Part shown: piece by piece, positions 1 to 14,347 of the stretch
Layout: the number at the start of each line of letters is the position of its first letter
Position numbering within the stretch: position 1 is the stretch's first letter
Source of the DNA: Paramecium tetraurelia
Taxonomy: Eukaryota
Reading direction: 5' to 3'
Length of the DNA stretch: 61,014 nucleotides
Assembly (NCBI GenBank): GCA_000165425.1
Contig: CT868651.1
Location: 310,001-371,014, forward strand
Notes under the pieces: generated by a model
Seen by the model: the letters and a program-made list of their open reading frames with translations, nothing else
What the model was told of the DNA's origin: nothing
Database searches by the model: none
Translations under genes and position numbers: made by a program

Positions 1-989
1 GCTCGAATCCCCGATTCCTATACTTTTTTCATTATGGTAAAGAACTTCTCCCTAATCCATTAATTTATGGATGCCGGAGCCCACTTCACTTGTAGAGGAG
101 GAGGCTCAGCAGATACTATCTCCTTCTCCACAATTGGAAATTAAGGAGATTGTTATGGCTGTTTATTTGCGACTACTATGGATGATGTAGGTGCTTATTC
201 TTTCTTTTAATTTGTTAGTTTCTAGCCTTAAACAGCTTAATCTAAGAATTTCAAATCTTGATCCTAATTATTCATTGGTGAAGAACTGTAAACAATCAAC
301 ACCTCTCTCGTTCTGTCATTGGCAGCCAACTCCAATGGAGTCTTTTAACTCCTGTCTCTCAATTACATGCTTTCCTATCCACCTCTCTATAATAAAACTG
401 GGATGGCTCTTGTTTTTCCACCCTCCGAAGCATGATGAATCGGAGTTTTCAAATCCTCATCCAAAGCCATGGAATTGGCCTTGAAGTCCAGGAGAGTCCT
501 TAATAAACTCACCTAGTGTTGCGAGGAATTCCACACACAATAATGCAATGGGGTTCTCTTCTTCTGATCCACATCATTTGACAATTCTGGCTTTGTTGCC
601 AATACCAACTACAATGTCTGTGCACTTGGACATGAGGCAGCAAAATGAATACAGGATCGGCCCAAGGAATCTCTGGCAGTTATATCCGCTCCCGCCTTCA
701 ACAATGTATCAACTATTGTTTCATGGCCGTGCAAACACCCATAATGCAAAGGCGTCTTCAAAGTCCGATCTCTACAATTCGGATTGAAACCACTCATCAA
801 TAGTATTTCCACTATGCTCAAATGACCCTCGATTGTTGCCACGTGCAAAGGGCTTTTTTTAGTTTAGTCTACACACTGCTTGATTTGAGGATCCTTTGAC
901 TCTTTCAAGTACTATCTCACTTTTACGAGATCACCGCGCGAACAATTGATAAACAAAGCTGAATGTTCTGAATTGTCTTTCCTTGCCAT
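1..989 (-). CDS. Ankyrin-repeat protein (3' end beyond window edge)
   Basis: ATG at 989. Code-6 frame MARKDNSEHSALF... with repeated ankyrin motifs KSPLHVATIEGHLSIVEILL, KTPLHYGCLHGHETIVDTLL, RTPLHYC, KTPIHHA. Confidence 0.9.
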
Positions 990-1500
990 CCAATTTATAT
1001 CGAACTTCGATCTATTCAACCTTTCCAAAGCCTTCACTTCGAATTTCCCTTGCCAATCCAGTCCTGTGTGCTACTGAAAGACTTTCCCAAAATTTGGAAT
1101 TATGAGTGCAGTCGCAACCTCCTCCAAAGCCAGCCCCTCGAATCCCTTCCTTTGGAACTTCTATATCAACCCCTTTATTTGCTGATCCGATATTTCGTCA
1201 GGCCCTCCAGATCCATTATCAAGAGCTTTATTATAATTCATATTATAAATTAATTATTTTTAATTATACTCTCATTACTTTTCAATCAGTGTAAATTAAT
1301 CATTTCGCATTCCATTATATGTTAAATTACTTGATTAAGTGCATTTTTCATAACTGAAACCATCCTATTAAAAACATTATTAATTTAATTTTGTTATTAT
1401 TAATAAGTATTATTTAAATGAACCAAATTTTTAATAATATACTCATGATATTATCAATGCTCACAGTAATTTAATTAGTTTTAAATAAATATATCCTTCT

Positions 1501-4500
1501 ATGAGTGTCTTCTTAATTTTGCCTCACCCTATAATCGATTTATAAGTAGTCAGATCAAGGGAGCATTTCAGGATTTCAAATACTATTTTGTAATGACTAT
1601 TAATCTCATTTGAGTTGTCAGCACTTCGACAATGAGTAAATGGTGAAAACTGTGTTTATGCAAAATAAAAGTTAATATTAGTGTTCAAATCAAAGGGATT
1701 TGACATAAAATAAATTGTAAAGCAGATAGATTAATATCATAAGAAATTATGCTCATAAAATCAAAAGATTGAAAAGATAATTTGAATAATATAACCTGAG
1801 TATGAAACGAATTATTTGGTTATTTAAAGAAAATATATTTGCTAAATTTGGCTTTATAATCAATGACTTCATAAAAGCCTCTACGTGAGAAGATCTGCAG
1901 TTTTGCAATCAGAATTTGATTAAATAAGGATAGTATACCTATAGAGTTAATGGAAACATAATTGACATAAATTCTTAATATGGATGAATTGGAGTAAATT
2001 GCAATCTGCCTACGTGTGTATTGCTTCCAGGATGAGTGTAAGAAGAGTTGTTGCTCTAATGTTAATATGGTGATAAAATTCGATAATGTCAATTACTTGA
2101 GATTAGTGATTATTCAATAAAAAAGACAGAAATTATGGTTGTTCAAAAGTTGATTCAGATGTAGAGAGAAGATGTCAAAGTTTCGGAATATAAGTTTGTA
2201 ATTGATATCGAAAATTGAATATTCAAATCGGCAAATATAAACTATAAAAATAATGAAGAGCAAAAACAAGAAGTTATCAGCTTAAGATGGAAAATTTATT
2301 TATGAGGGTGATATAGTTACAGATGATAAGTCAAAATAGATGTTATATGATGGATAAGGATATCTATTTAATACTGAGACCAAGTGTTTTTTCAAAGGGA
2401 CATGGAAAAGGGGGGAGAAAGTTTGCGGAATTGAAACTTTCCCCAATGGCGATGTTTACGAAGGTTAATACAAAGATGGAGTGTTTCATGGGCGAGGATT
2501 GATTTATAATAATGTGCAACTCTACCCTGATAAAAAAGGTTAATACCTCTATGATGGGTAATTTGAGCAGGGGTAAAAACATGGCTTTGGTAAAGAACAA
2601 TACTTCACAGGGGGACGTTACGAAGGCTAATTCAAGTGCAATTAGAAGCATGGCCCTGGTAAATTAGTGTTTTCTGATGGATCCTATTTTGTTGGTGATT
2701 TTCAAAGAGGTAACTATTGTTGTTATAAAACTTAGGATTACCTAATGGGTTCGGAGTCCATGTCGCTTATTCTAAGGATAGAATAGTGTCCACATTCCCT
2801 CCACCTTCCAATATATAAGAGAGACTGGAATCAGAGGCGAGGGAGGAGATCTAGGAGCAGGAATAAGAGAAAGAGAAATCAGAATATTTATACGAAGGGG
2901 AGTTTGTTGATGGATACAAACATGGGTTAGGGAGATTGTATTATCCAAGTGGGTCCTATTTCTATGCCTATTGGGAGTATAATAAACCCGCTCGTGATTT
3001 TATTGAGTATATTGCTGAAGGGCATAAATGGAGGATTCTTAATGTCAAATAGTTGCAGACTGACTAGAGCATTAACTTCTTCAAGATCATCAGAGATAAC
3101 AAATCCTCCTGGATTGAGAAGTATCCCATTAAGGGCAACAGTTACCCTCCTGCTGAATTGGATGGATATAAAGTTCTTATTGATGAGAAAGGATTGAAGC
3201 GAGAAGATTTCGAAGATCCAGAATTCGACTACTCTGAGCAATCGTTTAGCATCAAGGATGAAAACGACTAGCCAGTTGTTGCACCTATTGAGTTTGAGAG
3301 AATATTTGCATCAAAATACTTCAAGAAGAAGGAATTCAAACTCTTCACTAAAGATATACAGCCTGGATATCTGCAATACTCAGAATAATATTGTTGTTAA
3401 CAATTGACAGTTGTCTTAAATGCACTTACATTCCATTCCTACCTTTTAAATAAAGTATTTACTAGGAAATATGAAGCAGAGTAAGATTAATAATCTATAT
3501 TTATAGAATTGGATTTTATTTCATTAAACTATTTTTGAAGAATGAATGGAAGGAATATATCATAGATGATAAAATACCTGTATTTAAGTATGATAAAATG
3601 CCCATCTTCTCCAATTCCTAGGAACCAGAATTGGCATGGGTGATCTTATTCAAAGCATTTGCAAAGTACAATTAATCCTTCCAATATTTTACGAATGATA
3701 AACTAACTAGAGCTGTTGAATATTTAACACTGCTGACAGGTATGCCAACTGTGTAATTCTCAATCCCCAATAATTTTGGGGAAAATCAAGAATATTCAGA
3801 TTAAGTATTGCATACTCAATATTCTAGCAAAAAAAAATATGGAAAACCATGTCATAGAAATATTAAAGCACCAAAGTCAGGATTTGTTATTTATACAAGG
3901 AGATGGAAGAAAGATTAAAATTACCCAGAAATACAGCCTATCAAATTGTGGATATGCAAGAGTCTTCTTTGGGGAAGAGAGATGAATCATATTTTCTGCT
4001 GATTCTGGCATCACATTAGAAGCTCTCTTTGAAATAAGATATAACCAATTAAACTTCATAGGCTAGATACAAATTATAGGAAAGAAATCCTTAAGCTAGA
4101 GGCAACGAAGCCTACTTCTTAATGGAATACAAAGATTTTATCAAGCATTTTCAGTATGTCATCATGCTTTGCGCCACAAGATACCCAATATAGAATTAAT
4201 AACTGATAGAGCCTGAAGAAAAAGATAAACATAATCAAGAACTAAGATTTTTTTGCAGATTTAGAACAAATTTGACCCAAGATTGTTTAATATGTGTCAC
4301 TTAAGATCACTAAGACAAACAGGAAGAATATGTTGTTTAGGAAAGTAAGACTTAGATTATTATGTTTTAGAAACATTTCCTGTAAGAATTGTGCTTGCAA
4401 AAGAAAAGGACTTATTCACAAATAAGAATTAAGTTAAGAAAAAGATTGTATCAAGATGGACAGAGTAAGTAAGTCTTTCAAAACAAGAAAGAGATAAAGA

Positions 4501-5296
4501 TAAAAAGGAAGATACTACCAAAGCTGAAATGAAATACACTTCCTTATTTGACTAAAACGCTGATAAAAAGTAGATTAACCCATACAAATACTGTTTTGGA
4601 AAAGGTTAGTCTTCAGGTAAGATGCTATTTAAGGATGCCTCTCTAGAAAGCGGAGCTTATGTATTGTTTGTCTAGGTTGAAACAGGGGATAGCAAAGAAT
4701 AGTTCGATTTAAAAAAAATGAAGTTTTGGATCACTATCCATAGTCAGAAACTCATCCAAATACAAAGGCTTGATTAACAGATTCTAGATTTCTAAAAATT
4801 AGTGTATGAGAGTGCTATTGCAATTGCTGATAAGCATTCCTAAGACACTAATAAATTTAAATACTTTCACAAAGGAGATCTGAGTGAGTAGGAAAATGGA
4901 AGTAGTGATCTTGTAATTACCCAATACTTTATTAAGAAAGAAGGAACGTATTTACAGCATTTGCATAATAAGAGTTCGAATAAGATTTGGAGATAGAAGT
5001 TGTATTTCAAGTTGGATAACATGTAGATTATTGATCACAGAGAATCTTAGAAGTTGGACATCTGTTTATCCAAAAAATAGACAGCTTTAATCATAATTTA
5101 ATAAGTGGGAGCAAAGAAATACAATTTAGAAGGAGGAGAAGGAATTTGTATTGTGGATTTATTGCATGATGAGTTGGCAGAGGAGGAATAGGAAGTCAAA
5201 AATAACGAGACTGCAACATTTCAAGAGGATAATTAGCAGATCTTCCAATAGACTACATCGAAACCTAAATTTGGGAGTTTATTTTTTAAAAGCTGA
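1501..5296 (+). CDS. MORN-repeat plus calpain (CysPc)-like fusion, probably catalytically inactive; 5' exon structure uncertain
   Basis: MORN units at about 2300-2990 ([47 protein letters not shown]). Calpain motifs FEDPEF, WKEYIIDDKIPV, LFKAFAKY, LLTGMP, YFLMEYKDFIKHF. TGA at 5294-5296. Confidence 0.75.
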
Positions 5297-5423
5297 TAGA
5301 GAATATTAATTACATATATTTATTCAATTTTAACCAAAATTTCAAATAAAATTTAAGAATTATTTTAGCGGTAATTAGAAATTAATTTAAATTTCGAAAT
5401 TTAGACATTAGAACCCCTTGGAA

Positions 5424-6680
5424 ATGAATCTATTTCCCTCTAGAAATCTTTTTTCAAACCCCAGTTCACCTTAAACTTTTGAGCCCAATCCATATAAGAA
5501 GTTATTTGTAAATCCTCCCTTTACACCTGAGTTTGGCAATTCAATTAAATAACCAATAAAACTATAAGTAACAGATGGAATTGGAATGATCTAAAAAAAA
5601 TAATTAGCCTTGAAAATTTGCTAATAGAAGGAGCAAAATTATTAATTCGATTAAATTAATTCGCCACACACTCCCACTCAAAGTGAGAGAAAAGTGTAAC
5701 AATCAACAGGAGAGAAAACTAAGCAAAATCAACTTAATAAGATAAATAAGGGGAAAGTATTTCGAAATTTGAATAAGCAATTTGATGGGGAATAAGGGGT
5801 TCCAAAAAGCAGATATTAGGAAGAATATATCCAAGTGGATGTCTTAGGAAGTGGTTATTTTGGATAAGTTTATAAATGCAAAAATAGATTTACAAATTAA
5901 ATTTGTGCAATAAAGTGCACAAAAATTAAAAATAACAAGTTAAACATAGATTTAGCCAACGAATCTCAAGCTTTGGCATATTTAAATTAAAAAGGAGCAT
6001 GCAAGAATCTCGTCAGGTATTTTACTTCATGGCAAGAAGGGAACATGTTGTACCTGTTGATGGAATATTGTGATTATAGTGTCAGTTCAAGACAGGACTA
6101 TGAGGAATTTGAAATTAAAAAAATACTCAAGGATATAACCAATGGATTGATATTCTTGCATGAATAACAAATAACACATCTTGATATCAAACCAGAAAAT
6201 ATTCTATACAGTAAGAAAGATGGTTAATTCAAATTGGCTGATTTGGGTTTATCAAAGAAAATACAGCAACGATAGGAAGACGTGAGTGTTGGGGACTTCA
6301 GATACATAGCCAAAGAATTACTTAATCAGACAGAGATGCTTGATCTTTGCAAAACAGATATCTTCTCTTTGGGTGCCACTCTTTATTAATTGATGACTCG
6401 AAAGGAATTGCCATCAAATGGAGAGGAATGGCATCGTATTAGGGATGGTATTCAAATTACTGATTTCCCTGAGAACAGATATTCCCTTAGGCTGAGGAAA
6501 TTGATTTGCAGAATGATGGAACCTGATCCTCTTTCAAGGATTAGTGCTAAAGAAATCTTGGATGATACATATATTTATGTCAACAAAGAGAATTACATCA
6601 AATGGGAAAAGATACGTGGTTTGATTCTAAGAAGACAATTAGATTAATGCTTAATTAAATAACGAAAACTCAGTTTTTGA
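5424..6680 (+). CDS. WEE1: Wee1/Myt1-family protein kinase
   Basis: SRYQEEY..LGSGYFGQVYKC, HLDIKPENIL, KLADLG, GDFRYIAKELL, KTDIFSLG and the Wee1-type LPSNGEEWHRIRDG. Open frame under code 6. Confidence 0.85.
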
Positions 6681-6741
6681 TGGGATCTTCAATTAATTGA
6701 GATTTACTAATAAAATTTTGTTATATAAATTTTGTTATTTA

Positions 6742-7375
6742 ATGCAAGCCTAAATTCAATCAGAACAGGAAGAAAACAAACCAATCAGAGGTTCCGAGGA
6801 GAACTAAAATGAATAATTGAACAAACAACAAGATCGAGTACAATCGTCATCAATACCAGTTAATGAAAAAACTAGACTGCCTCCTGAATCTAACATCAAC
6901 TTGAAATAGGCTGCTTTCTAGGAAGTATCAAATGTTTGGCCACAATAAGCTCCTTTTGCATTCCCAAATATTGTAGCATAATAGATATAATCTGAAGTTA
7001 ATTAAGGACAATAATCTTCTGCTTAGCAATCAGACAATTAATAAATTATGTCTCATTAGAGCATGCAATTTGCAGAAGGTTCAAAAATTCCAAATCATCT
7101 CAACTTGACTTAAACTCCAAAAATGAGACACTCTTAACAATTATAATGTAGATGGTGCAATCAAGCAGTATTCTCATAAATTGAAAATAAAATCGGACTG
7201 GCCTAATTGATACTTTGTCTAATATTCTTGCCTGCCTTTGGAATTGGTTTAATGTTTGTATGTTGTAATGTAGATATATATCTTAATCGCATAGACTTAT
7301 AAAGATTGTTATCATTATTGTTCTCAATGTTCTGGTGAAATGGGAGTAGTAAAATTGATTGATTTTGAATGTTGA
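6742..7375 (+). CDS. LITAF-domain membrane-associated zinc-binding protein
   Basis: Low-complexity N-terminus, then CRWC, a hydrophobic segment (LILCLIFLPAFGIGLMFVCC), and KDCYHYCSQC. One 25-nt intron near 7270-7294. Confidence 0.85.
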
Positions 7376-7406
7376 TATCAACCTATAATATTAATTATAT
7401 TTTACT

Positions 7407-8486
7407 ATGTTAGCTCCTCAATACATTTTAACGAAATTTCAGGAATTTTTAGAAACATAACTAGAGAATAAACCGAATAAAAATGAAGTAATAAAGAAAT
7501 TAAGAGACTTTAATAGATATTTTGCAGCAAACAATTACAATATCGGCAAAGGGTTTGAATATTTTTAGAATAATCAAAACAGCATGCAATAATTGGCACC
7601 TATTCCAAAAATAATTATTGACAAACTTCAAATACCAGAAACCACTATGCAGCTTACTGGACAAGGCTTGCAGGGCTTGTATTATGCAATTATGATTGGA
7701 TTATAAAATAAGAAAGGGTAATTTATTGCCGAAGGGACAGCTTATTAACAATTAAATTAACTGATTAAAACAAACTAAATTCATTAGAGTATAGGATTGT
7801 GGTACTTTACAGAGATAGCGTCAATTCTTTTGAAAAATAGTATAAATCTTAATTTGAGTAACCATCTACTAGAAAACGGCATAAAAATTAGCGATTAAAT
7901 TGACATCAAGAATTTGTCAATTGGATAGAGTGCACTTTTAGTTGATAATCTTAAATATGTTATTAATGTTGATATACAATAAATACTTTATTACAAGCCA
8001 AATAAAACATTGCACAGATTGGTATTATTGAATTCCAGCCTTCCAAATTGTGTTAAGATAATGATAGAAAATGACATTTATTAAGATGTGCTGTTGTTTT
8101 CTTTATTCCAAGAGGATTAGAATAATCAAAGAAATCAATAATAAAAATATCCACAACAACAACAACAACAATATTAATCTCAATAATAATAAATATAATA
8201 CAGTGGGTAATCAAGTAATAAATCAATATCAATTCAGTAATAAGTGAAGATGCTTTTGGAAGAGATGAATCAATAGACTGATTTATTAATAGAGCAAAAT
8301 CAGTTGAAAACATTACCTGAATTTAAAGCCTAACAATATGTTAAGTAAATGAAGAATCAAATATTGTCAGAAGAGAAGAAGAAAAAGTGTCTCAAATGTT
8401 AACAGGAATTTAGTAGCGATATTGGAAGCATCGCAGGGTAAATTACAAATTTTTGTATGAAATGTTATAAAGAATTTTCAATTTGA
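7407..8486 (+). CDS. Hypothetical protein with Q-rich linker and C-terminal CxxC..CxxC zinc finger
   Basis: Long open code-6 frame, poly-Q at about 8130-8240, ends KCLKCQQEF...FCMKCYKEFSI*. Confidence 0.75.
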
Positions 8487-8611
8487 AACAATTATCATTG
8501 TTAATAATAACAAGCAGTATGTATTATATATATATATATTTTATGGTAATTTTTTGTAATTTCTTTAATAAATACAATTAACTTATTGTAATTAATTGGG
8601 AAATTTAGTGA

Positions 8612-9392
8612 ATGGACATCGATTAAGAGAAAGAATTTAACGAAGAAAATAATTAAATAATAGAGGAAGACATCAATTAAATCTAGAATGAAGTGCAAGA
8701 TATCCAATTCCAATAAGTGACTGATAATTAAGAGAATGTATTAGATTAAATTAACAATTAGAATAAAAAGGGTGAAATAAGAAGAGTACCAGTTCCTCCT
8801 CATAGAGTGACTCCTTTGAAAAATAATTGGGACAAAATATTGACAACCATAGTGGTATTCATTTATATGAAGATTACAAGGAAAACATGAAGTTGTAAAT
8901 AAGAATGAATACCAAAAAGAAGTGCGTAGAAATCAAAACATCTTAATTTACAGAAGACAAGACTTCATTGCAAAGAGGTGTAGACTTTTTGAAGGCATTC
9001 ATGATGGGTAATAAATTTGACTGAACAATTCTTAGGATTTGACATCGATGATTCAGTGGCTCTGCTCAGATTAGATGATTTGTATGTAGAATCATTTGAA
9101 GTTAAAGATGGTACGACATCATATAATTATTAAAGTTAAAACCTTACATGGTGATCATTTGTCAAGATGTATTGGTCGTATTTCAGGTGAAAAAGGAAAA
9201 ACTAAATTTGCAATTGAGAATGCAACAAGAACTAGAATAGTTCTAGCGGATTAAAGAATACACATTCTTGGAAGCTATTCAAATATCAAAGCTGCCAGAG
9301 ATGCAATCTGTGCTTTGATTTTGGGAAGTCCTCCTGGAAAAGTCTATTCATAATTGAAGTCTCTCTGTAGAAAATATGTGGAGAAAAGTTGA
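8612..9392 (+). CDS. PNO1: Pre-rRNA processing KH-domain protein PNO1/Dim2
   Basis: [79 protein letters not shown]. Three tiny introns. Confidence 0.97.
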
Positions 9393-9788
9393 AATTATAT
9401 TCGTCTATCATATTCATTATTAATTCAATTTTAATAAATAAACATAGGACTCTATTCTAGTGTTTAATATTATCTCAAAAAGGAGAAAAAGATTAAATTT
9501 AATATGATTCATAAATTAAATTTATTGTTATTTCTCCTCTCTATTTCTTCTATCAATATTAAACTGACACCATATTTCTATTGCGTATATTCATTAGACT
9601 TATCTGCTAAGAAGTTTTAATTTAATTTCATTTTTTACTATTGTCTCCTTTTTTATATAGAATAATTAGTAATAATAGTTAGTATTTCATCCTGAAATAA
9701 TGGAATCATTCATATATGTCCTAAATTGAGGGATAAATATTTTATATACATATAATTTTAATTAAATTTGTAATTAACAGTTAATTTT

Positions 9789-11405
9789 ATGATTCGATTT
9801 GGAAAATCACCACAGCATATTTAAAAGAACCCAAAAAAACCAGACAATTTAGAAATTCTAACTCTATTAGACAACTGCACATGTAATGGATATATTAAAA
9901 ATTAGTAATTTTCAAGGATGATAGGATAACATTGAGGAATATGGTAAAAGAAGGTAATCAAGATGTCATAGCAATACTGAATAATTATAAAAAGGGCAAT
10001 AATTTTAAAGACTTATCAACCGATTTAAGAAAATATCTTAGAAGGAAGGGAGACAAAGAAAATGATAAAGTTCTTACTTGTTAATCTCCTACATCCAACA
10101 GAATATAAAAAGTCCAACAATTACAAATCTAACCTTAACAAAATAGTCAAAAGAAATCATGCCCTGATTTATGGAAGCCAGCCGAATAACAATCTCCAAA
10201 AGCAATCAACTTGTGCAAAAATAATTAGTTTGTCAATGACGTTCAATATTCAGAAATTGTACTTTCAGATAGAAATCATAATGAGTCGAAAGATATCGAG
10301 TAAATTTAATTTTAAACTAACGTCACCTAATAATACGCATTTCATCAGCCCACTACCAATTAACTGGATCATTCATAAACAATTCAATAGAGCAGTTAAT
10401 TATAAAATAGTTAAGAACATTAATTATAAGAATAAGACATTGATATCGATGAAGAAGATGATATTCAATCGCGAATCCTCTAATGAAAGCATTTTAAATT
10501 AGATTTCTCAACCACCTCCTTAAACCCAAGATATTACTCCAAAAAACGATATCAAACCAACATAGCTATTTCAAAGTGGGCATTCAACATATCTACAAAT
10601 AAACACTTGCTAATCATATCTTTAACCAATATTGACAATTTAAGAAAAATCACCGGTCTCACTTAAATCCCCAGATACAGAAAATAAAGTTGTTGTAAAG
10701 GATTCTCAAAAACACTATAGCTTTTACAATTATCAAGATTACCAAAAGGTAGCCCAACCATAATATAAGCATTTATTTACTCATTGGCCTTCCCTATTAC
10801 ACAAATTAGATAGACCTGAATATGTTCCTAACTACAGAGTTGTTCCTTATATTAATTCTACACCTGAACAAATATTTTCAATTCTGTTTCCAAATTCTAG
10901 CAAAGCCAAAATTAGTTACTTTGCATTTGAGAACTAATTAAAACATAATCTATTATAAATTGACCGAGACTCACTCTTCAAAGAATTAGATAAAGACTAG
11001 GATGATTGGATAAATTATAGAGAAACCGGAGTTATTCTGGAAGGCCTATGTTTATAAGTAGAATAGCCTAAGAATTGCGTAAAAGTCATTTTTGAGACTT
11101 TGAAAGGTCAACCAACTATCCCTAATACCTTAACTCTTTCAGATCTTGAACTATTTGAATAAAAAACAGATTTTCAATTTGCCAGATAGTATATATCATA
11201 TTTTTATAACCTAGATTAATGTAAGAAGTAGATGGAATTTAATAAGGGCATCTCACTTATTGGGATTTATATATGCATCGTGACATTTATCTAATGGAAA
11301 GATTATGTTAAATAGTTTCATAAATTACAGGTGCTACTCATAATCATTAATGACTTTGAAATTATTATTAATACTTATAATGATATAAATTATTAGACTT
11401 TTATG
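9789..11405 (+). CDS. Hypothetical protein (end approximate)
   Basis: ATG at 9789 after an AT-rich spacer. Long code-6 frame with short introns and no recognised domain. Confidence 0.6.
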
Positions 11406-11559
11406 ACTTTTTTTTCATGAAAATACTATCATATAATACTAACAATTGAATCAATCTATTTTAAATATCATAAAAAATATAGGTTAAAATACTTGAGAAA
11501 GTTACTAAATAAAATAGATATATTAACTATTTAATAAATTATATGAGTTTAATACACAT

Positions 11560-14320
11560 TCATTCATTTTAAATAACTTGGAATTTGCAAGTGTTTCCCT
11601 TCTATACTTGTATCAAGTTTTCTCTTATTAATATTCTATACCTGAATTCCCTAATTCTTAATTATAGTGTAATTCTTCATTTACAACTTTTACTTCTCTT
11701 TAAACAACTCCTAATAAAATTAAAATGGACTAGTAGGTAATAATCCAAGTCCTAAATTTACATTTTATTAAATTTGATATTATTCTGAGTAGATTGTCCT
11801 ATTTTATGCTTTCTACTTAGAAGCTTAATACAAAGTTAGGTTTTGATTATTGATAAATTAATTTGGAATATTAAACTGCTATTTCCTATTATTTTGACTA
11901 ACACTCCTGTGTTTTGTGACAGAAGAAGATCTTGAATCGGCATCCTCCCTCATAATTACTAAAACATCTTATTAAGGAGAACTCCGTTCAATATCTCTAA
12001 ATTGTACTTATGGACTATTTTTAAACCGAGTTTATTGAAAATCCATATCAACTTAAACTCCTTAGTCCTAATAATTAATTTCCTATATCATTAGATGTTC
12101 TTTTATTCTAACCTTCTCAACCTATTTTTAGAATCCAGTCGAAGCAGCTTCTATTAATTACTTTTAACTCTTTTTATCTCTCTTTACTGATATATTTTCA
12201 ATTTTTCTATCTTTTTGCGTAATCTTAGGCGTGTTGATTTAGGAGTAATTTTGAACTCGATTTGATTTAGGAGTTTAATTTGTATAGTTGGAAGTCTTTT
12301 GGGTTCCTTTTATGGGGAATTTATTTTCCATATTCGAAAAATTTAATTGATCTTTCGGACTGATTGCCAGGTCAGTGATTTGTAATTATATTAGGGGTAC
12401 TTCTGGAGACTGGAATTGATGTTAATAGAAATTGCTATCCTCATTCAACTCCTAGGATATAGCATATCTAATCTATATTACCAAAATAATGATACATCAA
12501 AAAACTCTGTGATTGTTTCAGCCTCTCTTTTCAGTTTACTTTAATGAATAATCTACTAAGCAATAGCTAATTAAAAGAATGTAACTAAACTAGATTGTAT
12601 TTCTGGATCATCATTTTGAAGAAGTCTAAATTTATTCCGCTTCTTAAAATAGCCAATAAATTTAATTTTGGATGGATAGCCTAATTTTTATAAAAATTGA
12701 GCAAAAGGGTTTTGTTATTAATTTAAACTGTGGATTCACTATTTTACAATTCCTGCTTTAAAGATTGAATACTTTAAATTTACATTTATATTGTATTTTT
12801 GCATTTTTAAATTTCTAATGATTAGGATTTGCACTTCTATTCAATCACATTTTTTGCTTACTCAATTTTTAATATATTGTATTGAGCTTACTAGTAATTC
12901 TAAATTAACTTTTCATAATCTTTAATGGTAAATTCATCATTTACTGATTTCAGATAATGATTAATTCTTTATTTCAATTCATACAAACTATCCTCATCTA
13001 ATTCTTATTCAAAAAGCTGATAAAATTTAGAGTAATTACTCCATCTTGCAAAAGCACATTTCATCGTAATTTTTCTAATCAATTGAGGATCAGACAAATC
13101 TTTCCATTAACTTTTTAATTTCTTCTCATATTCTGATGATAGATTTAATTATTATTCTTTCAATTTCTACTCTATGAGATCCTGTTATTATTCAAAAACT
13201 TTATTTACATTTTCCTCACGAGATGCTTATAGTTCTTCAATAGTTTAATCTTTGATCTTTATTTCTTATTTGAGATTTTCTATTATTTGAATGTTCTCAT
13301 CAATCATAATTTTTAGTTAATCCTCATATAATTATTTCTATCTTTAGAACATTCTGCCTCCAGCTGAGTTTTTTGAGATGAGTTCATCTATTTCCCTGTA
13401 ATTAATTCCATATCCACCAATTTAATTCTCGAAGACTTGAAAAATTATTTTATTTCCAACCTACTCTTATATTTGCTTCCAAATCTTATATGGATCCTTT
13501 TCGATCAAAAATAGCATTTTAATGATGGATTAGAGTGTATTATTTTATAAAAGAACTGAAATAGTCCTCTTGTGAGATTCACATTCTGTACTTAGAGCAG
13601 TTAATTCAATTTTATATCTCTGCACAGTCTATTAACATTATTTCTATAACTGATTAAATTTATCTTGGATATAGTTCTACAATTCAGGTTCTAGTGTCTA
13701 TTTGATATCAAAGTAATTAACTTCAAAAAATTCGGCATCTGGATTTTCCAGTTACCTTAGAAACTAAAATAAAAGAGGATGATTACCATTAATTTGAGAT
13801 GCTGTATGTCTTTCAGGTAGTTGGTGGTCATCTGTAAAATTTATTCATCTCTTTTAGTTACTTTGAGGTTGGTTTCATATAATAACTGCTGGAGAGTATT
13901 TAGCTGGGATAGATCATTTTCCGAAACAGGAATATCAGTTGGTTTATGTTCTAATGAATAGATTTTGTGCGTTTTAGGCTTTTTTTGCACAATGGAATCA
14001 AATTCATCGCTTGAACTTTATTCTCCTGATTAAAAGCCTTCATTCTTAAATATGTTTTTAAAGTGGTTCTTTTTGAGGATAGAATTCAAATATTGTTGAA
14101 TGTTGAGCATGGTTTTATCGATCTCTGAGATTGTAAAATATTATTCAATGTCTTGTTCTATTGGAATATGAAATATGTAAATTACACAATCTTTTAAAAA
14201 CCTCACGACGTTGGTTTCTAAAATATCCTAATTTAAATTTCAAATCCATACATTTGTCAAAGAACATAGTTCTAATTGCAATTTGAGAGTGCTACATAGT
14301 TTATCAATCAATTTTAACAT
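11560..14320 (-). CDS. Large hypothetical coiled-coil protein
   Basis: ATG at 14320 (MLKLIDKLCSTLKLQLELC). Q/E/K-rich coiled-coil-like middle, S/T/P-rich C-terminus, TGA at 11562-11560, several tiny introns. Confidence 0.7.
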
Positions 14321-14347
14321 TTAATTGTTTTATATTAATAAAATTAA

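Noticed and set aside
11120..11290. SMI1/KNR4-like motif (LSDLELFEQKTDFQF) in the 9789 gene
   Set aside because: Similarity is too short and depends on an unverified intron.
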